From Amoebophrya sp. A120 (lineage: Eukaryota; Protista; Dinoflagellata), in contig CAJINV010000009.1 of NCBI GenBank assembly GCA_905178155.1, positions 2,209,373 through 2,273,372 on the forward strand: 64,000 nt of DNA, read 5' to 3'. Below, piece by piece: positions 13,201 to 26,900 of this stretch. A program made the position numbers and the translations under genes. Numbering within the stretch: the stretch's first letter is position 1; the number at the start of each line of letters is the position of its first letter. The notes under the pieces are model-generated. The model was not told where the DNA came from, made no database searches, and was given only the letters and a program-made list of their open reading frames with translations.

Positions 13201-16200
13201 AACCCCCTGCCACGTCTCCTGCTGCAGGAAGGTTCCCTTCTCGTCCGGTCGCACAACCGTCTGAAACAGACCGTGGCTGTGCTTCTCGTCCTGCGTCACG
13301 GAAATCGACTGAACCAGCGCGCCCTGATGCTCCACACACCGCTCTCGCTGCAGCCACGGCGTATATACCGTAGGATTAGCTGCGGAGCTGCCCGCGGTGC
13401 TGCGACGATTCCTGTGCTTATCTCTATCGACCGCTGCGGATACCGGGCACGGCGCCCATGGACTCTGGTACAGCTGCTGACAAATCAACAACAAGAAGGA
13501 GAAAAGCGCTGCCGCCTGCAGAATACGCTCCAATTTCAGCCGACCTTGCACGGTTTTACTTTTCCCGCTGCAAAAGTCACCCGCCTCCTGCTGTGCTGGC
13601 TCATAAAATGCCATCGACCCAAGCCGCAGAAAGACGACAAGCAGCACTGTGTAAATGAACATGGTGAAGTCGTAGACGCTTGGCCGGCTGATGAGACACT
13701 GCGGCAACAATCCCAGAAACAATGTCACTGCGTAAAACCAACCCCATTTTTTTCGCGATGGAGGAGCGTGATCTTCTTCACGACCACTACGCTGCAGATC
13801 CGACGTCTTCGTCTTCGCGGATGAAAAATTGTTGTTCTCGGAGTCTTTTACTCGTTCCGCCCCTGCCATCATGCGTGCTGACACGGAGTCAGGACTCAGC
13901 AGGACGCAGCAGAAAAAGAGGAATGCGCACAGCTCCGTGAAGTGCCCGTAACTCTGCAGATCCACGCGCAAGTTGAGCCAGGCGAACCAATCCTCACCAC
14001 ACGCTTTTCTTCGATCTTTTCCCTTGTAATTGTGACACAGACTTTCGACTTCGGCAAGCCATGCAGCGTCCGGCCGGTCAACGGTCCACCACTTCTTGCT
14101 ACCCGAATTGGCAGTAGCCTGTGGCGACTGCGGGTTATTCATCTGTATGCGTGTAGTAGCATCGCCCGCCGTGAAAGAATTCGTTGTCGCCGCTCCCGGC
14201 AACCACAGCGCCCAAAAGTACTGCGCAACCAAGGAAAGAAAAAGCACCCAGGCATAGATAGCGACTAGCGTCCGAGGATTTTGGTGAAGCGCGGAAAAAA
14301 TGCCCGCAGGTCTTGGAGGAAAAGACGATGACTGTAGTTTATTAGCCCTTCTATTCCCGTCACGATCGGCATGGGAAGACGCGTAGACGTTTGTTGAGCA
14401 GTCGCCATTTGAGTTTGACGGCAGACCCACATCCGCGTATCGGAATGTTCCGCCGCGGTCTCCTTCGCAGGACTCAGCCCTTCCTGCGTCTTTACGCGAG
14501 GGCGCCTCTACTTTGCAACTCCGCCGCGCTCTGCGCCGTAAATCCACATCTCTGTTCCAATCGAGGTGGGGGTCATCGATTATATCATCGATCTCCATTC
14601 CCATTGTTCGTCCGTTCAAAGCAGGGATTGATGTTTGTGGCGATGCTGTTTTTTCTCTTGCTTCATCTTCATCCGCACGCTGAATCAGTGCCCACGATGC
14701 CTCTTCATCCTCGTCCGATGAAGTCAGCAGGAGAGGCAACTCATTCTCGGTTTCTTCTGTTTCCTTCATCGGAGACGAAAAATCAGCTTCCTCCATGCCT
14801 CTTGTTCTCTCCTCAGAAACCTCCGCGGCACGGCCGCCGGCGCCGCCGGTATGATGATATAATTCCGTATTGATCAGTTTTTCGTCTTGATGTTGTTCTT
14901 CTTCATCTTGTTGACGACGCGCCGCGATCAGCTCTTGATTATCCGCAGCCTCTTTCCAGACGGTACACAAACCGAGCAACACGAAAAGCCCGTACCAGAG
15001 CGACAGAAAGTTGTCGCGGCTTACTGCGGTGACGAACAGAACAGCCACCGCCAGCTCGAGCCGAAACGTGCCCAGTACATGCCGAAAAATTTTGAAAACA
15101 GCATGGTAGAACCCAAAGCACGCGTCGGCGTCTGTTCTTGTAGTCGCTACTGATTTCGTTTCACGTTGTTCCTCTACTTCGTTCGACGCCTCTGCTACGC
15201 CGGTCGGGGTTGGAGCTGTACGAAACCCTGCCACTTGTTGTTGTTGCTCTCCGTCTTCACGACCCCGCTCGTTGGGAGGTGCAGGATGATGTGCTGGTCT
15301 ATCTACACACGAACCAGTTCGCGTGAGGACGGCGGTGTCCGCTCGGCTGTCCCTGTTGTCCGCTTCAATGTGAGCCTCGGTCTCGCGGCCCAACACCCGC
15401 CGGCAAGACGAGGCCGCTCGTGGTGCAAAAAATTCGGACTCGTCAACTCCTTCTCCTTGTTCTTCTGAAAAACCGGTCGGGCGCTCGTGCAGTTGCGAAG
15501 TAGAAGAACCAGCCAAGTTATACAGACTGTCCCGATCCTCCATCGCGGGGGAAACCCGCGAAGGCGTCGATTTCGTAGTGGCCATCCTCGCGCCTCCTGC
15601 GAACGCAAACGTGGGTCGGTCCGTCGCGCGGCGCATTCTTGCAAATTCCATACCGCCCCTGTCGCGGGGATTTCCAGACGAGTCTTGAGAGTTTATTTGT
15701 GACTGCGATGTCGAGCTACGACTGTCTCTCTCAGGAGGAGGAAAGAGCAAGTCGCTGTACTCCTGCTCTCGGTCGTTAGCAAGAGCAGCTTCAGGGGCGA
15801 CGGCACTCTCCGGCGCTCGACGCTGCAGAAGAGGGAAGCTCGCAGATCTTCTTGAATTCTTATTGTTTGCGTAGTCACCAGCGACCAGGTCGTCGTCTCC
15901 AAGCATCGGAGTACTACTTCGCCCGCCCTCTACTTGACAAAGACTCTGCTGCTGGTCATGTCGTGCTGTCCCCGCCAAAATCATACTACCAGGTGCCGCA
16001 AATCCAGTTTCTGCGGCTGTATCATGTGCACGACCATCAACCTGGTGCAACCCCCCAGCAGCGTTGCTGTAATTACAGTCGCAGTCCGCTCTTCCGCCAT
16101 CGAAACTGTCCAACTTTCCCTTCGTTTCCCACTGTTGCAGCTGCCGCGCTGCGATGAGAAATGAATACTGCTGCAAGGAACACAGAAACAGCATAATCAA

Positions 16201-19200
16201 GTTGATCAACACCTCTCGAACACCCTTGTCCCACGTGCGCGGAAGCCCCATGTAGGCGTAATCTACGTAGTCACTCAGCAAATCGTCGCGAATCGCGGGT
16301 ATCGCAGCGAAATACTTGACGAGCAGACTCACAATCGCCAGAAACAGAAACACACGACCAGCACGTCGCCGCTGCTGCACCACTTGATAGGTCGTCGAGG
16401 TTGAATTACTCGTAAAAGTCGTAGCACCCTCCACCTGCTGACCTTGCTTATCATGGTCATGCTCTGCTGCTGGATGAAGCTTCTCCTTTTCATTTTCTTG
16501 ATGCGAGGTGGGTGGAGCAGCGGCCGTGTCGCGTACTATTAAATTTCCTTGCTGCTGCTCCTGGTCGTGCTTCTTCGAAAAAATTGCGTATTTCAAAACG
16601 AACGCGAGTGCCATAAGCAAGCGCAGACGGCTCAAGAAGTTTGGCTCCGGACTAAACCAGAGCGTCAGAAACGCTATGGCGGCTAGAAGCAGATTGTCGC
16701 TGTGGACATACACGAAGCGAACCCAAAAGATTCGAGCCAGTGCTGGTCTATTTATCTTGGTCATCGAACTGCAGCTCGACGACGTCAGACTCGCTCTGGG
16801 CTGCGTCCCTGCAAATCCCGTCTGTTGATGCTGTCCGCTAGAAGTTGCTGTACTATCGCGTGGCTCACCACGATTTGAAGGCATCACTGTTCTTCTCATA
16901 GCCCCGGTACTAGCGTCATCCAGATTTTCCGACTGGTGTCTGGATTCCACCTGTTGGAAGTCGTGCTCAAGAAGTTCCCAGTTCGCGTGCACAAAAAGCA
17001 GAAGCACCCCTGAGAGAAACATTTTGAGTCGCATGTCGTCTCGGAGGCGAAAGTAAAGTCCCCAGCGCTCCTGAGAAGCGACGGGCAGCAACTTCTCCGT
17101 TATGGCGGACTCGAGCGTTGCGAAACCGAAGAAGACATGCATCACGAGGCAGACGACAATGAGCCAGGTCTCCACTTTGAACAACAGGATAGCGGCTTTC
17201 CCCCGCATGGTGGACGAGCAGGTGGACACCATCACATGATCTCCGGCGTCGGTCGGCAATGCATTTCCATTTGCAGCAGTTCTGACACTTTTGTTTTTCC
17301 GTGTCGTCCTTGCCGTGGTGCGGCGCGCCTCGCGATTGGTGCTGCTGCTGTTCAGCTCATTTGCGTTAGGCGCTTGGAGTAGATCACCTTGTTCTCCTGG
17401 AGATGGAAACTCCTCAAAAATGTCGTTATTGAACTCATCGAACGCTTCTCCAGCCATCAGACTCTGTCGCGCACAGAAAAACAAGAAGGCCAACGACTCC
17501 AAAGACAAGGGCTGCACGAGTGCGATGGCAACTGTGCCGAAAAGCACCGCCAGAAGGCAGACCGATCGCACGACCACACGCTCTTTGTCGGACGTGCCTA
17601 GTAGTGCAGCAGAAGGACCAACAGAAGGAGGTGGAGCAGAAACTGCAACATCGACAGAGCGCTGCTCTGCTGTTCTGCCACGATGCTGAAGTAGTAGAGG
17701 ACTGGCAGCCGGATCGGTTGGTCCTCGAAGCTGCTCGACCGTCGGCGGACTGTCGCAAATCTTCGGTGGACCAGAGAGGAACGAGACTCGCTTGTTTCTA
17801 TTGGGACCACCTGGACTGCCGCTATCCTCTGGGTAAAGGGGGGAAGACGAGGCGAAATTTTCGCCCGCTAAGACACCAACGGTCGTGGTAGTACACGACA
17901 AATCCCAGCGCTCTTCTTCTTCTGCTTCTTGTTCCCCAGCACTAGGTTTAGCAATGACTTCTTCGATCGGTCCCTCCTTCGGCCCGGCGCAACTGTGGAA
18001 ACCACTCAGCGATCGCAAGTGCAGAAAAATCAGGAGCATCAGCGCCACGTCTGCCCATCGAGCAAGGTCCGGAATGATCAGACGCGTTCCCGGATACGAA
18101 ATTCTGGAGCACTCCAGGTAGTTTGCGTCCGCGCTCTTCCAACCGGGGCACCCGACGCCGAGGAACGCCAGTCGGCTCTCACTCGTCCGCGTTGCGGCGG
18201 GGTCAAAATGAAGCTGCTGCCGTACTGCAGCGCCCTCGTGGTCTACTCCGTTCGCGGCTAGTAGCCCCACGTAGTACCCATTCAGCACAACGACATCACC
18301 GAGAAGGCAAGACAGAAACTTCAAGAAAATCACTGTCTGGCCGTAGATTCCGCATGCGCGCCACAAGTTGACCACCGTAGCTTGTTCCTGTTCGGTGTCA
18401 TTTCGCCGTAGCGAACTTGTGTGACCAAAAGTTCTCGAGGAGACTTCATCGTCCGATGATGGCCGCAAAGTATATCGCTGCCGCGGTGGAGGGGCTATTT
18501 CTTGCCACGTGTTGTACTTCGTCTCATCCCCGTGAAAAAGCAGCACCGCGAAGAAGACCAAGTAGCCTAACTGCGCCAGCGATGACGCAGCCGCGTCCTC
18601 CCCCATTTTCTCGCGGTCTGCACCGCCGGTGATAAACACCACAACCAAAATCCCGCACAGCGCCAGCCAGTATCGCTTTTGCAGGCAGAACTCGAAAAAC
18701 TTGAATGTCCACTTGCGTAAGGACGTGTAGCTTTCATACGCGATAGCCGCTGTGTGGTGGGTGAATGACTTCAGCACGTTCTTCTCCTCCTTTCCACCAC
18801 CCTTGCCAGCGCTGCGAGCAGGAGTACGTAGCTTTTTGTTTTTACCTCTACTCCGACTCAACGTCTCCCCTCCGTAAAAGTCATCTGCGGGGGGCGCTGC
18901 AACCTCATTGCTGTGCACACCCGGCTGCTGCGGGTTATTTATCTGGTGCCCCAAGTCCAATGGAGAGCGCGACGGCCCGGAAACGTCGTCGTGATTAATA
19001 TAGCGATTCGCTAGTTTTGGCCGGGAACAATGAACATGTTGGTGCTCCGCCTGTAGGTGCCGCCGAGGAGATGGAGACGTTGCGTCTGTGCGCGGGGACA
19101 CTGGCGATTCAGTCCCGTCTTGGTCCTCGTCCCCGTCGACGTCCTCAAAGGAATGCTCGTCCAGCTCATCCGAGGAGAACAGGATGTCAGCTAAGCCGGG

Positions 19201-22200
19201 CGGCACAAGGAGCGCACGCGCAGGTTTTGCGGGTCTGTTATGCTTGTGGAGATTCCGATGATTGTATTGGTTATACACAAGAACTCCACCCCGCGTCATT
19301 CGGGAAATGTCGCTGGACCGCCGGCTTCGGTTGCTCAGATTGTAGCCCCCTCCATGTTCAGCTGTGTAACAGCTGGTGGTCTTTCGTGCGGTGGCGTACG
19401 ATGTCGTATTCGACAGGCTGACCTGATCGAATGCGTGGTCCACACTGCCAGCAGGGCCGGCTTCTCCTCCACTTGTCGTGTTATCCCCCGGCCCCGCCGC
19501 CTCTCCCGGACTGCGATAACAGTTTGGGTGGCCAGTATAGCTTTGGCTCCGTCTAGTACGCCCCGTACTCTCAACCGCCGAGAAAAAACTACCGCGATTG
19601 ATACTCAGCGTACCATCGCGCTCTTGTTCGTGTTCGTGCTCTAGCAGCTCGGAGTATAATAAAGCGTCTGCGGTGCTCGTCGCACTGAACAAGTCTGCAG
19701 TGTGATAGTTTCCATCGGTGGTCTGTAGCCTGTTCAACACTTGCACGCCGCCTTCCTCGTAGTTGTCGTCGCACTGCGTTGCATTCATGCGTCCATCTAC
19801 GACATTATTTGTCGATTCCTCCGGAATAGCAGCTGGCTCACCGCCCGTGGCCGCCGACACTCTGACATCCGCGCGCGTTGGCGTTCTCCGACGACAGAGC
19901 AATATTCTAGCAAACTGGACTGCAAAGCGACTTCTTCGCGTGTAGCAGATGTCGTCCCCATCCTCCTCCTCTACCTCTCTATTTCGGTTGCTGGCCTTTT
20001 CATGATGGGTTTGCGAATGCAACACATAGTGCCATCCGGCAAGCCACCATACGGCTAGAAACATCAGCAAAAATGCAGATGGTTCGTCCGGAAAGAGCGC
20101 AAACCCGAATCGCGATAACGCTTCCGTTGGCGTGCTTACGCCAGATTTCCTGCCACTGCGCTCCAAAGCATTTCGGAATGGAGAAGTAGGATTCGCGACC
20201 GACATGTGGTGGTCTTCGGCTCTGTTATAATTTTGTCTGTCCGTCGCATCTCGTTTCGCGAGGAAGGACGTAGGGGCCCGGCTCGATGTCAACTGAGAAC
20301 TTGTACTTGAAGAGTTATTTGCGGCAAAATAATTCGTGCTGACATGATCATTGCTCAGCAGAGGCTCTTCTTCTACTTCTCCTACATTCACGTCTGGCGA
20401 CGCTACCTCCACGTCTTCATCTGTAGTGGTCGTGAAAGGAACGGCTGCGCGCGCTGCTGCTTGCGATCCCAAAGCAGCTGCCCCGCGGTTTAGTTGAAGA
20501 CGCGGGCTCACGATTTCCGTAGCATTTCCATTTACATACACGTTGTAGAGCAGCTGCAGAAAAACGTAGGCGATCACATAAACCAGGATGCATTTCGTTA
20601 ACTTGTCGTGCCTCGAAATGTCGCGCACGTGCAGAAGCGCAAATCCTAACAGCAACATCACCGTCGCCAGGCCGCTGGGCAACACGAAGCACCAAACTAG
20701 AAGCGGCAGCGCGAGTGCGTATGTGGAAACGCTTTTTATCACGCAACCAACTCTATCCGCGACGGACAAGACTGTCTCATCGTCCTCTTCGTCCAGATCA
20801 ACGAAGAGCATCGCGCTCGGGACACTCGCACCATATGTAGAAGACCACAGCGCAGCAGGCTCCGGTGAACTACCGAGGTGATGATCCTCTTCTTCTGCGC
20901 CATCTTGATCCGAAAAACAGGCACGCCACAATCTGTCCTTGCACGACGTAGCTGCTCTCCGTGCCTTGAATGGTGCGCCCTCATCTCCTGCTGCAGCTCC
21001 CGCGGATGTGGAAGACAAGCTGCGCATCTTTATTTCCAACTTTTCCCCGAGAAACCGCAAAACCGTCTTGGAGAAAAGAAATAGGCCGAAAAGGAAATAC
21101 GCCACAAAAGCCTGTGCGAGGCTAAGTCCGCGGTTCAGCGTAGTGGGCGTTCCGCCTGAGGACGCATCTGTTCGAAAGTCTGCCCCGAGCGTGCGGGCCC
21201 ATGTCCTTAATCTCGTCGTGTTGATGTGGCCCTCGTCGAAGGGCATCTGCTCGCAGTACTGCAGTTCCATCCACAACATAAGCGACGCAACACCGTGAGT
21301 CAGCGGCAGCAGCCGCAAGTAGCGGTGAAGTAGGACACCATCGTCGCCCAACATGTCAGGTTTGTCTTCGTCGCAAAGCAAAAGCCAGACTGCTGCTGCG
21401 AAATACAGGACAGACCACAGACTTGGGTACAGTGCCGCGAGTGCTAACAGAAGGAGGGACAGCCAGAAAACGTGACAGTGCGGCAGGTGGTGCCGATAGC
21501 TATGCACTGCAGAAGGTGCCGGCTGTACCTCATCTCCGAGAGATGATGAAGCAGGTCTTGTCGAGTGTGCCTTTCGAGTGAGATCAGCACTACCGCCCCT
21601 TCGAGCGCATGGTGCCTCGGCCTCGCCAGCAGGTGGTCCAACAAGTTTCTGCGATGATGAAGTAAAGGCCCTCGTGGCGCTCCTGCTTCGACAGCAGCAC
21701 GACATCGCAACCAATTCGCTGAGCACAACAAGGAAAAATGCGATCTCCGGTGCTAAGAAAGCGAACGCCGTACTACCTGAAAAGCTCTCGAGGGCCAGGC
21801 GACGTCGAACTGAAAAAAGTATATATTTAATGTATGAAAATGAATGAATTCAATTTACATTTCATCGCCCAGCGCAGCGATGTACCGTCAAAGTTTCAGA
21901 AGACGAGGTGAATAAACATAAACTACAGCATTTGCATTGCCGCATTTATATCCAGATTGCCTGTGATGATGTGACAGACAAGCACTTTCAAACATCCGAA
22001 AACCAAAGCGAAGCTTCGCTTCCGTTTTGGACTTCTGTCCTCCTCGCCAGCATATTCGTACACTCGTCTGACTCTTGGCAAGAACATGTACAAGCAGTTG
22101 TAACCTTCAGTACCTTCTAAAAATTGGCCCTCCGCCGCAGACACCATCGCAGCACGCGTAATTCCAAAGCCTCGATTGCACACGGCATAACTCGCACTTG

Positions 22201-22801
22201 TGAGCTCGCCGTAGCACAGCAACTGCCGAAATTCCTCAATGCTGTAAAGCAGAAGCTTAAATACTGACAGCAAAGCGACTGAGAGGGCCAAGACCCAAAA
22301 AAGAGCGGCGACCGCACCTCCTCCGGCGTCAGCGAGTTTGGTTTTGTGGGACGGGGCGGGTAGGGCTCTCTTTGCATCGTCCGCATGATTCCCGAGAACC
22401 TCCGCAAATCGAAGCAAAGCCGCCAGGTTAAAAATGACGTGCCCAATGATAACGGCGTTTATCGGTTGTGTGGTTTCTGCAACGGCAAACACAAGGGCAA
22501 GGGCGTGAATACAGGGGAACAGAAACCGGAGACATAGAGTCCAGGCGAAGGAGGAGAGAGAAACCCATCTTCGCTCAGCTTCGGGTCGCGCGCCGCTGGA
22601 TGCAGGTGCATCTTCACCCTCGCCCATGCGGTTCTTCATTCGGCTTTGCAGCTCTCCCAAAGGCTCTGATGCGGCACCTCTGGTGGAGAACCGATTACCA
22701 TGCGTGCTCCTTCCGGATGCGGGAGAATTTTCCCGTTGCTTTTGGCTCCCTCGGGGCCCGATGTGCGACGCCGCATCCGATTTTTCCGATGCTCGGTCCA
22801 T
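4252..22801 (-). CDS. PIEZO: Piezo-type mechanosensitive ion channel, ~5,240 aa, 4 exons (22801-22114, 21809-10914, 10172-8698, 6921-4252)
   Basis: Piezo C-terminal hallmarks: PFLNEFRVLCDWVVTKTSLDVYMWFKLEDLFTNLY (anchor), EKITNGGCLLLVIFFLMIGPLLLFS (outer helix), SILGLYSLIVYAAFKMIR...DLYFCLLRLYRCPDMLLHYS (inner helix/CTD). N-terminal LAPEI motif and many TM clusters. Removing two TIR elements and one GT-AG intron gives a continuous 15,729-nt frame. Start ATG and first donor are best guesses. Confidence 0.92.
6923..8693. mobile_element. Introner-like foldback element 1 (1,771 bp) in Piezo; intron 6922-8697 reads GT...AG on minus strand
   Basis: Perfect 36-bp TIR tatcccacgaaaataacccatccccatcgtaattgc (6923-6958 / 8658-8693). 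TSD ccacc (6918-6922 / 8694-8698). Removal gives D-W-V-V-T-K-T-S-L in frame. Confidence 0.95.
7474..8130. repeat. Large central palindrome inside element 1 (arms ~7474-7770 and ~7828-8130)
   Basis: Arms are near reverse complements. The ORF track shows near-identical peptides on opposite strands (7492..7701-, 7612..8112+, 7714..7986-). Carries several copies of the TIR motif cgaaaataacccatc. Confidence 0.92.
10178..10913. mobile_element. Introner-like TIR element 2 (736 bp) in Piezo, non-canonical ends
   Basis: 45-bp TIR tacgaggcggaaaagtccgccccagcccaattttcaaaaatttca with 1 mismatch (10178-10222 / 10869-10913). TSD aaatt (10173-10177 / 10914-10918). Removal gives MGVDLISFPDLFHEIV... continuing in frame into ORF 8662-9975. 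Confidence 0.95.
21810..22113 (-). other. Conventional GT-AG intron in Piezo 5' region (alternative in-phase donor at 22104)
   Basis: GAAG|gtactg ... AT-rich ... tttttcag|TTCGA. Phase-1 join gives QFLE-V-RRRLALESFSGSTAFAFLAPEIAFF. Confidence 0.65.
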
Positions 22802-23984
22802 CTTTCGCAAGACGAACGTCGCGGCCGAGTTCTTAGCAATATTGTGGTCTCGCAGCAGTGACACAGCGACGGCATCGCACGAGCTTTGTCGAATGTTTTC
22901 CCGGATGAAGTGTCTGTGCGCCCCGAATCCATTTTCACCCCGTCCAAAACCGTTGAGGAAGAAGCATCGCGCTGCAAGAAGAGGTAAAGGTAATCCCTCT
23001 AGTGCTCCTACTTATCACCAGACGTCGCTCCGTTGTCATCACCAGCCATGCGTACGTACTGATTCTCGATAATCGTAAAGCAAAAGCTTATATATTATCA
23101 CGAAAAAGAAAAAGAGTGAACCTCTTCGGGCTCGCTTTCAAATCGAGTTGCTCGCAAAGAAGGAGAAGCGCTAAATCAAAAAAACAAACACTGTCGCTGT
23201 CGCTGGTTGTAAGTTTAGTAGTTGCCTTGATTCGACATTCCTAACCCTATTCCTAGTAGTAGAAATTGGAACTGCACATACACACAACAAACAGAAAAAC
23301 TCGAAAATAAACTTCTTTTACTTCTGGTGCTTGATTCTCTACTTACAGCTGCGGCATTTTCATTTAGCATTTGCCGTCGACATCGTGATCAAAATCTTCA
23401 TCTTCATCAGAGTTCATGAACTTCATTTTGCAAGTAGCAGCTGCGACATTGCAAAGTGGGCACCATGATCTTTCCGTTGCACCGACAGAGTGGCGCGTAC
23501 GAAGCCGAAACCTGCTGGCGTGATCTACTCTATTCTTCGGAAACCGGCACAACTTCAACTACCAAACGAAGAGCATATAGATCAATATACCTCCACGTCT
23601 CGCCGTAGAAACCGAATGTGATTACGTACACGGACAGTCACAGACAGTTCCTCTTCCGCATACGATCAACGTCAACAACGTCACGGAATAATTTCGTGGA
23701 CTTTCTGCTGCTGCTTCAGCTTCGCCGACAGAAACTACGTAAATGTATTGCTAGTTTTGCTAGTTTTTCTTCGCTGAAACGATTGCGGGTTTTGCTACTT
23801 TACCGGCAGACATTTACAACTTTCTGTTCCTGTATTCTCAAAAGGGTTGTCAGTTCTTATGTCTTCCTCGCAACTTCTCTCACTTGCGGCAGCCACCTTC
23901 AGAAAATGACGTCGAAGCCGGCCCCCTACCAAGTGTATTCATAGAGCCGTTTGGTGCCTCGGGAGAGGTCACTGCAATTTTTCA

Positions 23985-26900
23985 TCATGTGCGTTCATCT
24001 TCGGCACGCGAAAAATATCTCTCCTGGCGGTTATTTTGTTCTAGCCAATTTTGAAAGTACTTCTGCACCAGCCGCGAATCTCGCAGCAGAGCGTTGTGCG
24101 CCAAGTACTCGGTTAATCCTCTGTAGGCCCGGCGGGCCTCGACGACGATGTCCTCTTGCAACTTGTTTTGAAACAACTGGTCCTGCAAATTCACTTCCCA
24201 AGCCACATTTTTTTCTTTCCGTTCGAACAAGGCCCGGAAGCTTTCGATCTCGTTCTTCTCGTACTGGGTCAAGGCAAACAGGGGCGTCATCTTTCCCAAC
24301 TTTTTCTCCACGGTGAACTCCCCCATGTCTTGTTTCAGGCGGTGCACGCCCCGGGACCGAAATTCGTTCTCCGTAGGGTCCAGACTCATTCCGTCGCTGA
24401 GCAAGGGGTACAGCCACTTGCTCGTCAATGTGCCGTCCTTTTTGGTCAGAACCTCCTCGACAACGTCGATCTCGTCGTTTAGCCAGCGGTGGTACCACGA
24501 CGCCTGTTGCAACGGGTCGTTGCGGTTCCTGTAGGTCGGTGCCTCGTAGCCAAAATCCTGCGCGATGAAGGCCAGGAGGAAATCCGGTGGAGGGAAGAAA
24601 AACCTCTTGTTCAAGTGGTGCTTCGGATCATCAGAAGATGTGGAAATAACCGGACTGTCGTCGTGCAGGAGCTGCTGGCGCAACTTCGTCGACGATGGAT
24701 CTACTGGTGATGAAGCGTTTCTTTTTACGGCACTCGCATGAGAATCGTGCGCAAGTAGCTTCCCTAGGAGTCGGTCGACCACTTTATGACAAATGAGAGC
24801 GGGAGACTCTGTTGCGGCGGTAGGTCCTGCGACTTGCTTCCCAGTCTCAGCCGCGTAGTCGTGGTCCCCTTCCATGTCAGATACTTCTGCAGCAGTAGTC
24901 CTACTTTCGCGAAGATTCGCGGACGCTTTGGAGGATAGGTTTTGTAGTGCAAGTGATGCAGCATCATGTCCATCGTCTTTTTCACTACGTGACTCTCGTC
25001 GAGAACCAGCAGAACCGCGAAGTTTGTCACGTGGAGGAGATGAAAAATTCGCGCGTGAAGATGTCCCCGAGGGCCTTGAGGACTTCTTAGCAATGCTATG
25101 TGAGATGACATTCCGCTGATTTGTCTCAGTCATGTCCTTCAAGAAATTGCAACTTCCGAACCTGTAGGACGATGTCCGCCGCCACAGTGGCTCGATGACC
25201 TCGGCCCATTCATAGTTGGAGAACGTGCGTTCGTGATCTTCAGGCCACGGAACGGATTCCAAAAAGTCCCGATAGGGTCTCCAGATCACGACATCGGCTC
25301 CCTCCGGCTTGGCTTCTTGTGCCCTTTGTCTCGCGCTTTCCTCCTCGTCTCTCGCGATTTGTTTGACCGACTCGGGGGGAATGCCGTTGACAAAGATCGT
25401 GCCGTTTGCTGAGGTGAGCCGGAGAGTTTCCCGACTGGCCTCGTTTTTGAACAAGCCACCCGGCCCCTTCTTTTCCTCGATAACAATGCCTTGCGCGATT
25501 TCAAAGAAAAAACCGAAGATCTCGGATTGCGGAATCGCATCCTCCCAGAAGGACTGGAAAACATCAGGATCCTCGATTGAGTTTCTTGATCCTGTTGTGA
25601 CCTCCACGACTGACCTGTCCATCTCCACGGGGGACAACACAGGGAGGGACATGGCGACCCGCTCGCCATGCGGCGCAAACGGAGTGGTCCTTGCTATTCC
25701 GTGACCGACCGGCGTCCGCGTCGAGCCTGCAGTTGGTCCCCTAGAAGTTGTCGACAAAGAAGATGCGCTGCGCTCCACATCTGCCGACGTTGTCGCGCGG
25801 CGAGCGAAACTGTTGCCCAAGGACAAACCAGGCATGATGCTAGCATCTATCGGATCCTCGTCATCTTTGAGTCCCACGGCCGGATCGCGCAAATGAACAG
25901 GCGTGGGCGACACATGATCCGCAGAAGATGCGCTGTCCTTCATCCGCGTGCTGCCTGCAGCTCGTCCTTCTCCTGAATGATGATCATAGCGAAGATCGTT
26001 CCGTTGATAGTGCATCAAGGTTGTGGAAGACCTTGCGACGCTCCCCGCCCACGTGTCTGTGCTTTGGCTGATCCCCTCGTCTGCGGGTAGCAGATCCGCC
26101 CCGCTGGTTGTTGCAAACGTGTCTCCACTGGGGCCGGCGGAATCCGGACTATTCAGGTTTTTCATAATTGCAGTGACATCAGCGGACATCCCGAGGAACG
26201 TCGTCGCTAACGCGGCAAACACCAAACATCCCCCGAGCGAAATCACACGGGCCTGCGAGTTGCCACAACACCGCCGTCGCATCCCGTATCAAATGTAAAA
26301 ATGTCTGGGTCTGGAAGAATGCGCGATTTGTCATGCAGCTTTTCTATGACCCATGAGGTCTGGCATGCAGGACATAGCATGACAGATTCTGCGCGATCTT
26401 TCCCATGCCTATCCTGCATGAAAAACTGCCTCCCGACTTGGTCAAAACTGGACGACTTTTGGTAATCATGCAACACAGATTTTTGCATGCTTCAGATTTA
26501 GCATGACAAGTTGCATTCTTCCAGACCCAGACATTTTTACATTTGATATCCCGTGGCTGCGCTCAATTCCAAAAGGAGACCGCTGATGGAACGGCCCATC
26601 CTATCCAGAAAAAAACACCCATCCACATCCAATTTGTCATGCATACCCGACTGCACCACATCAAAAACCTTTGCACCGTCGCCGCAAGCAGCTTCGGACG
26701 CAGGAGATCTAGGGTCAGAACCGCGGAAAACATCGCGAGTATTTCTTCATCCCCGGGCACATCCAATTTGTCATGCAAAACATGCATAAAATCCATTGTT
26801 TGTCATGCAAAAAATGGATGGGGATGGGTGTTTTTTCCTGGATACATCCTCGTCTCGCGCTAAGGGTTCTTGGGAGTCGTCTGATACAGAGCCGGAATTT

